Below the pieces are notes generated by a model. It saw nothing but the letters and a program-made list of their open reading frames with translations, made no database searches and had not been told where the DNA came from. Positions 9,101 through 21,100 of a stretch of 64,000 nucleotides of DNA are shown here, one piece after another. The DNA is from Centroscyllium fabricii (taxonomy: Eukaryota), in assembly GCA_051313645.2 (NCBI GenBank), contig JBNRSN020000028.1, positions 14,694,001-14,758,000 of the forward strand, written 5' to 3'. A program made the translations under genes and the position numbers. Position 1 is the stretch's first letter, and every line of letters begins with the position of its first letter.

Positions 9101-12100
9101 GAGTGTGTTGTCAGTGTGTCTTGTATCAGCAGGGTCCGTGGTGAGGAGGGGATTGAATGTGTTGTCAGTGTGTCTTGTATTAGCAGGAGTCCGTGGTGAG
9201 GAGGAGATTGAGTGTGTTGTCAGTGTGTCTTGTATTAGAGGAGTCCGTGGTGAGATGGGGATTGAGTGTGTTGTCACTGTGTCTTGTATTAGCAGGAGTC
9301 CGTGTTAAGGAGGGGATTGAGTGTGTTGCCAGTGGGTCTTGTATTAGCAGGCTCCGTGGTGAGGAGGGGATTGAGTGTGTTGTCAGTGTGTCTTGTATCA
9401 GCAGGTGTCCGTGGTGAGGAAGGGATTGAGTGTGTTGTCAGTGTGTCTTGTAGTAGCAGGAGTCCGTGGTGAGGAGGGGATTGAGCGTGTTGTCAGTGTG
9501 TCTTGTATTAGAAGGAGTCCGTGTTGAGGAGGGGATTGAGTTTGTTGCCAGTGTGTCTTGTATCAGCAGGAGTCCGTGGTGAGGAGGGGATTGACTGTGT
9601 TGTCAGTGTGTCTTGTATTAGCAGGAGTCCGTGGTGAGATGAGGATTGAGTGTGTTGCCAGTGGGTCTTGTATTAGCAGGGTACGTGGTGAGGAGGGGAT
9701 TGAGTGTGTTGTCAGTGTGTCTTGTATCAGCAGGAGTCCGTGGTGAGGAGGGGATTGAGCGTTTTGTCACTGTGTCTTGTATTAGCAGGAGTCCGTGGTG
9801 ATAAGGCGATTGAGCGTGTTGTCAGTGTGTCTTGTATTAGCAGGAGTCCGTGGTTAGGAGCGGATTGAGTGTGTTGTCAGTGTGTCTTTTATTAGCAGGG
9901 GTCCGTGGTGAGGAGGGGATTGAGTGTGTTGTCAGTGTGTCTTGTATCAGCAGGGTCCGTGGTGAGGAGGGGATTGACTGTGTTGTCAGTGTGTCTTGTA
10001 TTAGCAGGAGTCCGTGGTGAGGAGGAGATTGAGTGTGTTGTCAGAGTGTCTTGTATTAGAGGAGTCCGTGGTGAGATGGGGATTGAGTGTGTTGTCAGTG
10101 TGTCTTGTATTAGCAGGAGTCCGTGTTAAGGAGGGGATTGAGTGTGTTGCCAGTGGGTCTTGTATTAGCAGGCTCCGTGGTGAGGAGGGGATTGAGTGTG
10201 TTGTCAGTGTGTCTTGTATCAGCAGGTGTCCGTGGTGAGGAAGGGATTGAGTGTGTTGTCAGTGTGTCTTGTAGTAGCAGGAGTCCGTGGTGAGGAGGGG
10301 ATTGAGCGTGTTGTCAGTGTGTCTTGTATTAGAAGGAGTCCGTGTTGAGGAGGGGATTGAGTTTGTTGCCAGTGTGCCTTGTATCAGCAGGAGTCCGTGG
10401 TGAGGAGGGGATTGACTGTGTTGTCAGTGTGTCTTGTATCAGCAGGAGTCCGTGGTGAGGAGGGGATTGAGCGTGTTGTCAGTGTGTCTTGTATTAGCAG
10501 GAGTCCGTGGTGAGGAGGGGATTGAGCGTGTTGTCAGTGTGTCTTGTATTAGCAGGAGTCCGTGGTGAGTTGAGGATTGAGTGTGTTGCCAGTGGGTCTT
10601 GTATTAGCAGGGTACGTGGTGAGGAGGGGATTGAGTGTGTTGTCAGTGTGTCTTGTATCAGCAGGAGTCCGTGGTGAGGAGGAGATTGAGCGTGTTGTCA
10701 GTGTGTCTTGTATTAGCAGGAGTCCGTGGTGAGGAGGGGATTGAGCGTGTTGTCAGTGTGTCTTGTATTAGCAGGAGTCCGTGCTAAGGAGGGGATTGAG
10801 TGTGCTGTCAGTGTGTCTTGTATTAGCAGGAGTCCGTGGTGAGGATGGGATTGAGGGTGTTGTCAGTGTGTCTTGTATTAGCAGGAGTCCGTGGTGAGAT
10901 GAGGATTGAGTGTGTTGCCAGTGGGTCTTGTATTAGCAGGGTACGTGGTGAGGAGGGGATTGAGTGTGTTGTCAGTGTGTCTTGTATCAGCAGGAGTCCG
11001 TGGTGAGGAGGGGATTGAGCGTGTTGTCAGTTTGTCTTGTATTAGCAGGAGTCCGTGGTGATAAGGCGATTAAGCGTGTTGTCAGTGTGTCTTGTATTAG
11101 CAGGAGTCCGTGGTTAGGAGGGGATTGAGTGTGTTGTCAGTGTGTCTTGTATTAGCAGGGGTCCGTGGTGAGGAGGGGATTGAGTGTGTTGTCAGTGTGT
11201 CTTGTATCAGCAGGGTCCGTGGTGAGGAGGGGATTGACTGTGTTGTCAGTGTGTCTTGTATTAGCAGGAGTCCGTGGTGAGGAGGAGATTGAGTGTGTTG
11301 TCAGTGTGTCTTGTATTAGAGGAGTCCGTGGTGAGATGGGGATTGAGTGTGTTGTCACTCTGTCTTTTATTAGCAGGAGTCCGTGTTAAGGAGGGGATTG
11401 AGTGTGTTGTCAGTGTGTCTTGTATCAGCAGGTGTCCGTGGTGAGGAAGGGATTGAGTGTGTTGTCAGTGTGTCTTGTATTAGAAGGAGTCCGTGTTGAG
11501 GAGGGGATTGAGTTTGTTGCCAGTGTGTCTTGTATCAGCAGGAGTCCGTGGTGAGGAGGGGATTGACTGTGTTGTCAGTGTGTCTTGTATTAGCAGGAGT
11601 CCGTGGTGAGATGAGGATTGAGTGTGTTGCCAGTGGGTCTTGTATTAGCAGGGTACGTGGTGAGGAGGGGATTGAGTGTGTTGTCAGTGTGTCTTGTATC
11701 AGCAGGAGTCCGTGGTGAGGAGGGGATTGAGCGTGTTGTCAGTGTGTCTTGTATTAGCAGGAGTCCGTGGTAAGGAGGGGATTGAGTGTGCTGTCAGTGT
11801 GTCTTGTATTAGCAGGGGTCCGTGGTGAGGATGGGATTGAGGGTGTTGTCAGTGTGTCTTGTATTAGCAGGAGTCCGTGGTGGGGAGGGGATTGAGTGTG
11901 TTGTCAGTGTGTCTTTTATCAGCAGGAGTCCGTGGTGAGGAGGGGATTGAGTGTGTTGTCAGTGTGTCTTGTATTAGCAGGAGTCCGTGGTGAGGAGGGG
12001 ATTGAGCGTGTTGTCAGTGTGTCTTGTATCAGCAGGAGTCCGTGGTGAGGAGGGGATTGAGTGTGTTGTCAGTGTGTCTTGTATTAGCAGGAGTCCGTGG

Positions 12101-15100
12101 TGAGGAGGGGATTGAGCGTGTTGTCAGTGTGTCTTGTATTAGCAGGAGTCCGTGGTGAGGAGGCGATTGAGCGTGTTGTCAGTGTGTTTTGTATTAGCAG
12201 GAGTCCGTGGTGAGGAGGGGATTGAATGTGTTGTCAGTGTGTCTTGTATCAGCAGGAGTCCGTGGTGAGGAGGGGATTGAGTGTGTTGTCAGTGTGTCTT
12301 GTATTAGCAGGAGTCCGTGGTGAGATGAGGATTGAGTGTGTTGCCAGTGGGTCTTGTATTAGCAGGGTACGTGGTGAGGAGGGGATTGAGTGTGTTGTCA
12401 GTGTGTCTTGTATCAGCAGGAGTCCGTGGTGAGGAGGGGATTGAGCGTGTTGTCATTGTGTCTTGTATTAGCAGGAGTCCGTGGTGAGGAGGCGATTGAG
12501 CGTGTTGTCAGTGTGTCTTGTATTAGCAGGAGTCCGTGGCGAGGAGGGGATAAAGTGTGTTGTCAGTGTGTCTTGTATTAGCAGGAGTCCGTGGTTAGGA
12601 GGGGATTGAGTGTGTTGTCAGTGTGTCTTGTATTAGCAGGGGTCCGTGGTGAGGAGGGGATTGAGTGTGTTGCCAGTGGGTCTTGTATTAGCAGGGGTCC
12701 GTGGTGAGGAGGGGATTGAGCGTGTTGTCAGTGTGTTTTGTATTAGCAGGAGTCCGTGGTGAGGAGGGGATTGAGTGTGTTGTCAGTGTGTCTTGTATTA
12801 GCAGGGGTCCGTGGTGAGGAGAGGATTGAGTGTGTTGTCAGAGTGTCTTGTATTAGCAGGAGTCCGTGGTGAGCAGGGGATTGAGTGTGTTGTCAGTGTG
12901 TCTTGTATCAGCAGGGTCCGTGGTGAGGAGGGGATTGAGTGTGTTGTCAGTGTGTCTTGTATTAGCAGGGTACGTGGTGAGGAGGCGATTGAGTGTGTTG
13001 TCAGTGTGTCTTGTATTAGTAGGGGTCCGTGGTGAGATGAGGATTGAGTGTGTTGCCAGTGGGTCTTGTATTAGCAGGGTACGTGGTGAGGAGGGGATTG
13101 AGTGTGTTGTCAGTGTGTCTTGTATTAGCAGGAGTCCGTGGTTAGGAGGGGATTGAGTGTGTTGTCAGTGTGTCTTGTATTAGCAGGGGTCCGTGGTGAG
13201 GAGGGGATTGAGTGTGTTGTCAGTGTGTCTTGTATCAGCAGGGTCCGTGGTGAGGAGGGGATTGACTGTGTTGTCAGTGTGTCTTGTATTAGCAGGAGTC
13301 CGTGGTGAGGAGGAGATTGAGTGCGTTGTCAGTGTGTCTTGTATTAGAGGAGTCCGTGGTGAGATGGGGATTGAGTGTGTTGTCACTGTGTCTTGTATTA
13401 GCAGGAGTCCGTGTTAAGGAGGGGATTGAGTGTGTTGCCAGTGGGTCTTGTATTAGCAGGCTCCGTGGTGAGGAGGGGATTGAGTGTGTTGTCAGTGTGT
13501 CTTGTATCAGCAGGTGTCCGTGGTGAGGAAGGGATTGAGTGTGTTGTCAGTGTGTCTTGTAGTAGCAGGAGTCCGTGGTGAGGAGGGGATTGAGCGTGTT
13601 GTCAGTGTGTCTTGTATTAGAAGGAGTCCGTGTTGAGGAGGGGATTGAGTTTGTTGCCAGTGTGTCTTGTATCAGCAGGAGTCCGTGGTGAGGAGGGGAT
13701 TGACTGTGTTGTCAGTGTGTCTTGTATTAGCAGGAGTCCGTGGTGAGATGAGGATTGAGTGTGTTGCCAGTGGGTCTTGTATTAGCAGGGTACGTGGTGA
13801 GGAGGGGATTGAGTGTGTTGTCAGTGTGTCTTGTATCAGCAGGAGTCCGTGGTGAGGAGGGGATTGAGCGTGTTGTCAGTGTGTCTTGTATTAGCAGGAG
13901 TCCGTGGTGATAAGGCGATTGAGCGTGTTGTCAGTGTGTCTTGTATTAGCAGGAGTCCGTGGTTAGGAGGGCATAGAGTCTGTTGTCAGTGTGTCTTGTA
14001 TTAGCAGGGGTCCGTGGTGAGGAGGGGATTGAGTGTGTTGTCAGTGTGTCTTGTATCAGCAGGGTCCGTGGTGAGGAGGGGATTGACTGTGTTGTCAGTG
14101 TGTCTTGTATTAGCAGGAGTCCGTGGTGAGGAGGAGATTGAGTGTGTTGTCAGTGTGTCTTGTATTAGAGGAGTCCGTGGTGAGATGGGGATTGAGTGTG
14201 TTGTCACTGTGTCTTGTATTAGCAGGAGTCCGTGTTAAGGAGGGGATTGAGTGTGTTGCCAGTGGGTCTTGTATTAGCAGGCTCCGTGGTGAGGAGGGGA
14301 TTGAGTGTGTTGTCAGTGTGTCTTGTATCAGCAGGTGTCCGTGGTGAGGAAGGGATTGAGTGTGTTGTCAGTGTGTCTTGTAGTAGCAGGAGTCCGTGGT
14401 GAGGAGGGGATTGAGCGTGTTGTCAGTGTGTCTTGTATTAGAAGGAGTCCGTGTTGAGGAGGGGATTGAGTTTGTTGCCAGTGTGCCTTGTATCAGCAGG
14501 AGTCCGTGGTGAGGAGGGGATTGACTGTGTTGTCAGTGTGTCTTGTATTAGCAGGAGTCCGTGGTGAGATGAGGATTGAGTGTGTTGCCAGTGTGTCTTG
14601 TATCAGCAGGAGTCCGTGGTGAGGAGGGGATTGAGCGTGTTGTCAGTGTGTCTTGTATTAGCAGGAGTCCGTGGTGAGGAGGGGATTGAGCGTGTTGTCA
14701 GTGTGTCTTGTATTAGCAGGAGTCCGTGGTAAGGAGGGGATTGAGTGTGCTGTCAGTGTGTCTTGTATTAGCAGGAGTCCGTGGTGAGGATGGGATTGAG
14801 GGTGTTGTCAGTGTGTCTTGTATTAGCAGGAGTCCGTGGTGAGGAGGGGATTGAGTGTGTTGTCAGTGTGTTTTGTATTAGCAGGAGTCCGTGGTGGGGA
14901 GGGGATTGAGTGTGTTGTCAGTGTGTCTTGTATCAGCAGGAGTCCGTGGTGAGGAGGGGATTGAGTGTGTTGTCAGTGTGTCTTGTATTAGCAGGAGTCC
15001 GTGGTGAGGAGGGGATTGAGTGTGTTGTCAGTGTGTCTTGTATCAGCAGGAGTCCGTGGTGAGGAGGGGATTGAGTGTGTTGTCAGTGTGTCTTGTATCA

Positions 15101-18100
15101 GCAGGAGTCCGTGGTGAGGAGGGGATTGAGTGTGTTGTCAGTGTGTCTTGTATTAGCAGGAGTCCGTGGTGAGATGAGGATTGAGTGTGTTGCCAGTGGG
15201 TCTTGTATTAGCAGGGTACGTGGTGAGGAGGGGATTGAGTGTGTTGTCAGTGTGTCTTGTATCAGCAGGAGTCCGTGGTTAGGAGGGGATTGAGTGTGTT
15301 GTCAGTGTGTCTTGTATTAGCAGGGGTCCGTGGTGAGGAGGGGATTGAGTGTGTTGCCAGTGGGTCTTGTATTAGCAGGGGTCCGTGGTGAGGAGGGGAT
15401 TGAGCGTGTTGTCAGTGTGTCTTGTATTAGCAGGAGTCCGTGGTGAGGAGGGGATTGAGTGTGTTGTCAGTGTGTCTTGTATTAGCAGGGGTCCGTGGTG
15501 AGGAGAGGATTGAGTGTGTTGTCAGAGTGTCTTGTATTAGCAGGAGTCCGTGGTGAGCAGGGGATTGAGTGTCTTGTCAGTGTGTCTTGTATTAGCAGGA
15601 GTCCGTGGTGAGCAGGGGATTGAGTGTGTTGTCAGTGTGTCTTGTATCAGCAGGGTCCGTGGTGAGGAGGGGATTGAGTGTGTTGTCAGTGTGTCTTGTA
15701 TTAGCAGGGTCCGTGGTGAGGAGGCGATTGAGTGTGTTGTCAATGTGTCTTGTATTAGTAGGGGTCCGTGGCGAGATGAGGATTGAGTGTGTTGCCAGTG
15801 GGTCTTGTATTAGCAGGGTACGTGGTGAGGAGGGGATTGAGTGTGTTGTCAGTGTGTCTTGTATTAGCAGGAGTCCGTGGTGAGGAGGCGATTCAGCGTG
15901 TTGTCAGTGTGTCTTATATTAGCAGGAGTCCGTGGTTAGGAGGGGATTGAGTGTGTCGTCAGTGTGTCTTCTATTAGCAGGGGTCCGTGGTGAGGAGGGG
16001 ATTGAGTGTGCTGTCAGTGTGTCTTGTATCAGCAGGGTCCGTGGTGAGGAGGGGATTGACAGTGTTGTCAGTGTGTCTTGTATTAGCAGGAGTCCGTGGT
16101 GAGGAGGAGATTGAGTGTGTTGTCAGTGTGTCTTGTATTAGAGGAGTCCGGGGTGAGATGGGGATTGAGTGTGTTGTCACTGTGTCTTGTATTAGCAGGA
16201 GTCCGTGTTAAGGAGGTGATTGAGTGTGTTGCCAGTGGGTCTTGTATTAGCAGGCTCCGTGGTGAGGAGGGGATTGAGTGTGTTGTCAGTGTGTCTTGTA
16301 TCAGCAGGTGTCCGTGGTGAGGAAGGGATTGAGTGTGTTGTCAGTGTGTCTTGTAGTAGCAGGAGTCCGTGGTGAGGAGGGGATTGAGCGTGTTGTCAGT
16401 GTGTCTTGTATTAGAAGGAGTCCGTGTTGAGGAGGGGATTGAGTTTGTTGCCAGTGTGTCTTGTATCAGCAGGAGTCCGTGGTGAGGAGGGGATTGACTG
16501 TGTTGTCAGTGTGTCTTGTATTAGCAGGAGTCCGTGGTGAGATGAGGATTGAGTGTGTTGCCAGTGGGTCTTGTATTAGCAGGGTACGTGGTGAGGAGAG
16601 GATTGAGTGTGTTGTCAGTGTGTCTTGTATCAGCAGGAGTCCGTGGTGAGGAGGGGATTGAGCGTGTTGTCAGTGTGTCTTGTATTAGCAGGAGTCCGTG
16701 GTGATAAGGCGATTGAGCGTGTTGTCAGTGTGTCTTGTATTAGCAGGAGTCCGTGGTTAGGAGGGGATTGAGTGTGTTGTCAGTGTGTCTTGTATTAGCA
16801 GGGGTCCGTGGTGAGGACGGGATTGAGTGTGTTGTCAGTGTGTCTTGTATCAGCAGGGTCCGTGGTGAGGAGGGGATTGACTGTGTTGTCAGTGTGTCTT
16901 GTATTAGCAGGAGTCCGTGGTGAGGAGGAGATTGAGTGTGTTGTCAGGGTGTCTTGTATTAGAGGAGTCCGTGGTGAGATGGGGATTGAGTGTGTTGTCA
17001 CTGTGTCTTGTATTAGCAGGAGTCCGTGTTAAGGAGGGGATTGAGTGTGTTGCCAGTGGGTCTTGTATTAGCAGGCTCCGTGGTGAGGAGGGGATTGAGT
17101 GTGTTCTCAGTGTGTCTTGTATCAGCAGGTGTCCGTGGTGAGGAAGGGATTGAGTGTGTTGTCAGTGTGTCTTGTAGTAGCAGGAGTCCGTGGTGAGGAG
17201 GGGATTGAGCGTGTTGTCAGTGTGTCTTGTATTAGAAGGAGTCCGTGTTGAGGAGGGGATTGAGTTTGTTGCCAGTGTGCCTTGTATCAGCAGGAGTCCG
17301 TGGTGAGGAGGGGATTGACTGTGTTGTCAGTGTGTCTTGTATTAGCAGGAGTCCGTGGTGAGATGAGGATTGAGTGTGTTGCCAGTGGGTCTTGTATCAG
17401 CAGGGTACGTGGTGAGGAGGGGATTGAGCGTGTTGTCTGTGTGTCTTGTATTAGCAGGAGTCCGTGGTGAGGAGGGGATTGAGCGTGTTGTCAGTGTGTC
17501 TTGTATTAGCAGGAGTCCGTGGTAAGGAGGGGATTGAGCGTGTTGTCAGTGTGTCTTGTATTAGCAGGAGTCCGTGGTAAGGAGGGGATTGAGTGTGCTG
17601 TCAGTGTGTCTTGTATTAGCAGGGGTCCGTGGTGAGGATGGGATTGAGGGTGTTGTCAGTGTGTCTTGTATTAGCAGGAGTCCGTGGTGAGGAGGGGATT
17701 GAGTGTGTTGTCAGTGTGTCTTGTATTAGCAGGAGTCCGTGGTGAGGAGGGGATTGAGCGTGTTGTCAGTGTGTCTTGTATTAGCAGGAGTCCGTGGTAA
17801 GGAGGGGATTGAGTGTGCTGTCAGTGTGTCTTGTATTAGCAGGGGTCCGTGGTGAGGATGGGATTGAGGGTGTTGTCAGTGTGTCTTGTATTAACAGGAG
17901 TCCGTGGTGAGGAGGGGATTGAGTGTGTTGTCAGTGTGTCTTGTATTAGCAGGAGTCCGTGGTGGGGAGGGGATTGAGTGTGTTGTCAGTGTGTCTTGTA
18001 TCAGCAGGAGTCCGTGGTGAGGAGGGGATTGAGTGTGTTGTCAGTGTGTCTTGTATTAGCAGGAGTCCGTGGTGAGATGAGGATTGAGTGTGTTGCCAGT

Positions 18101-21100
18101 GGGTCTTGTATTAGCAGGGTACGTGGTGAGGAGGGGATTGAGTGTGTTGTCAGTGTGTCTTGTATCAGCAGGAGTCCGTGGTGAGGAGGGGATTGAGCGT
18201 GTTGTCAGTGTGTCTTGTATTAGCAGGAGTCCGTGGTGAGGAGGCGATTGAGCGTGATGTCAGTGTGCCTTGTATTAGCAGGAGTCCGTGGTGAGGAGGG
18301 GATTGAGTGTGTTGTCAGTGTGTCTTGTATCAGCAGGAGTCCGTGGTGAGGAGGGGATTGAGTGTGTTGTCAGTGTGTCTTGTATCAGCAGGAGTCCGTG
18401 GTGAGGAGGGGATTGAGTGTGTTGTCAGTGTGTCTTGTATTAGCAGGAGTCCGTGGTGAGATGAGGATTGAGTGTGTTGCCAGTGGGTCTTGTATTAGCA
18501 GGGTACGTGGTGAGGAGGGGATTGAGTGTGTTGTCAGTGTGTCTTGTATCAGCAGGAGTCCGTGGTGAGGAGGGGATTGAGCGTGTTGTCAGTGTGTCTT
18601 GTATTAGCAGGAGTCCGTGGTGAGGAGGCGATTGAGCGTGTTGTCAGTGTGTCTTGTATTAGCAGGAGTCCGTGGCGAGGAGGGGATAAAGTGTGTTGTC
18701 AGTGTGTCTTGTATTAGCAGGAGTCCGTGGTTAGGAGGGGATTGAGTGTGTTGTCAGTGTGTCTTGTATTAGCAGGGGTCCGTGGTGAGGAGGGGATTGA
18801 GTGTGTTGCCAGTGGGTCTTGTATTAGCAGGGGTCCGTGGTGAGGAGGGGATTGAGCGTGTTGTCAGTGTGTCTTGTATTAGCAGGAGTCCGTGGTGAGC
18901 AGGGGATTGAGTGTGTTGTCAGTGTGTCTTGTATCAGCAGGGTCCGTGGTGAGGAGGGGATTGAGTGTGTTGTCAGTGTGTCTTGTATTAGCAGGGTCCG
19001 TGGTGAGGAGGCGATTGAGTGTGTTGTCAGTGTGTCTTGTATTAGTAGGGGTCCGTGGTGAGGAGGTGATTGAGTGTGTTGTCAGTGTGTCTTGTATTAG
19101 CAGGGTCCGTGGTGAGATGGGGATTGAGTGTGTTGTCAGTGTGTCTTCTATTAGCAGGAGTCCATGGTGAGGAGGGGATTGAGTGTGTTGCCAGTGGGTC
19201 TTGTATTAGCAGGGTCCGTGGTGAGGAGGTGATTGAGTGTGTTGCCAGTGGGTCTTGTATCAGCAGGGGTCCGTGGTGAGGAGCGGATTGAGTGTGTTGT
19301 AAGTGTGTCTTGTATTAGCAGGAGTCCGTGGTGAGGAGGGGATTGAGTGTGTTGTCAGTGTGTCTTGTATTAGCAGGGGTCCGTGGTGAGGAGGGAATTG
19401 AGGGTGTTGTCAGTGTGTCTTGTATTAGCAGGAGTCCGTGGCGAGGAGGGGATTAAGTGTGTTGTCAGTGTGTCTTGTATTAGCAGGAGTCCGTGGTTAG
19501 GAGGGGATTGAGTGTGTTGTCAGTGTGTCTTGTATTAGCAGGGGTCCGTGGTGAGGAGGGGATTGAGTGGGTTGTCAGTGTGTCTTGTATCAGCAGGGTC
19601 CGTGGTGAGGAGGGGATTGAGTGTGTTGTCAGTGTGTCTTCTATTAGCAGGAGTCCGTGGTGAGGAGGAGATTGAGTGTGTTGTCAGTGTGTCTTGTATT
19701 AGCAGGGGTCCGGGTTGAGGCGGGGATTGAGTTTGTTGTCAGTGTGTCTTGTATTAGCAGGAGTCCGTTTTGAGGAGGGGATTGAGTGTGTTGTCAGTGT
19801 GTCTTGTATTAGAGGAGTCCGTGGTGAGATGGGGATTGAGTGTGTTGTCACTGTGTCTTGTATTAGCAGGAGTCCGTGTTAAGGAGGGGATTGAGTGTGT
19901 TGCCAGTGGGTCTTGTATTAGCAGGGTCCGTGGTGAGGAGGCGATTGAGTGTGTTGTCAGTGTGTCTTGTATCAGCAGGTGTCCGTGGTGAGGAAGGGAT
20001 TGAGTTTGTTGCCAGTGTGCCTTGTATCAGCAGGAGTCCGTGGTGAGGAGGGGATTGAGTGTGTTGTCAGTGTGTCTTGTATTAGCAGGAGTCCGTGGTG
20101 AGATGAGGATTGAGTGTGTTGCCAGTGTGTCTTGTATTAGCAGGGTACGTGGTGAGGAGGGGATTGAGTGTGTTGTCAGTGTGCCTTGTATCAGCAGGAG
20201 TCCGTGGTGAGGAGGGGATTGAGCGTGTTGTCAGTGTGTCTTGTATTAGCAGGAGTCCGTGTTGAGGAGGGGATTGAGTTTGTTGCCAGTGTGTCTTGTA
20301 TCAGCAGGAGTCCGTGGTGAGGTGGGGATTGAGTGTGTTGTCAGTGTGTCTTGTATTAGCAGGAGTCCGTGGTGAGATGAGGATTGAGTGTGTTGCCAGT
20401 GGGTCTTGTATTAGCAGGGTACGTGGTGAGGAGGGGATTGAGTGTGTTGGCAGTGTGCCTTGTATCAGCAGGAGTCCGTGGTGAGGAGGGGATTGAGCGT
20501 GTTGTCAGTGTGTCTTGTATTAGCAGGAGTCCGTGGTGAGGAGGGGATTGAGCGTGTTGTCAGTGTGTCTTGTATTAGCAGGAGTCCGTGGTAAGGAGGG
20601 GATTGAGTGTGCTGTCAGTGTGTCTTGTATTAGCAGGGGTCCGTGGTGAGGAGGGGATTGAGGGTGTTGTCAGTGTGTCTTGTATTAGCAGGAGTCCGTG
20701 GTGAGGAGGGGATTGAGTGTGTTGTCAGTGTGTCTTGTATTAGCAGGAGTCCGTGGTGAGGAGGAGATTGAGTGTGTTGTCAGTGTGTCTTGTATTAGCA
20801 GGGGTCCGTGTTGAGGAGGGGATTGAGTTTGTTGTCAGTGTGTCCTGTATTAGCAGGAGTCCGTGTTGAGGAGGGGATTGAGTGTGTTGTCAGTGTGTCT
20901 TGTATTAGAGGAGTCCGTGGTGAGATGGGGATTGAGTGTGTTGTCACTGTGACTTGTATTAGCAGGAGTCCGTGTTAAGGAGGGGATTGAGTGTGTTGCC
21001 AGTGGGTCTTGTATTAGCAGGATCCGTGGTGAGGAGGGGATTGAGTGTGTGGTCAGTGTGTCTTGTATCAACAGGTGTCCGTGGTGAGGAAGGGATTGAG

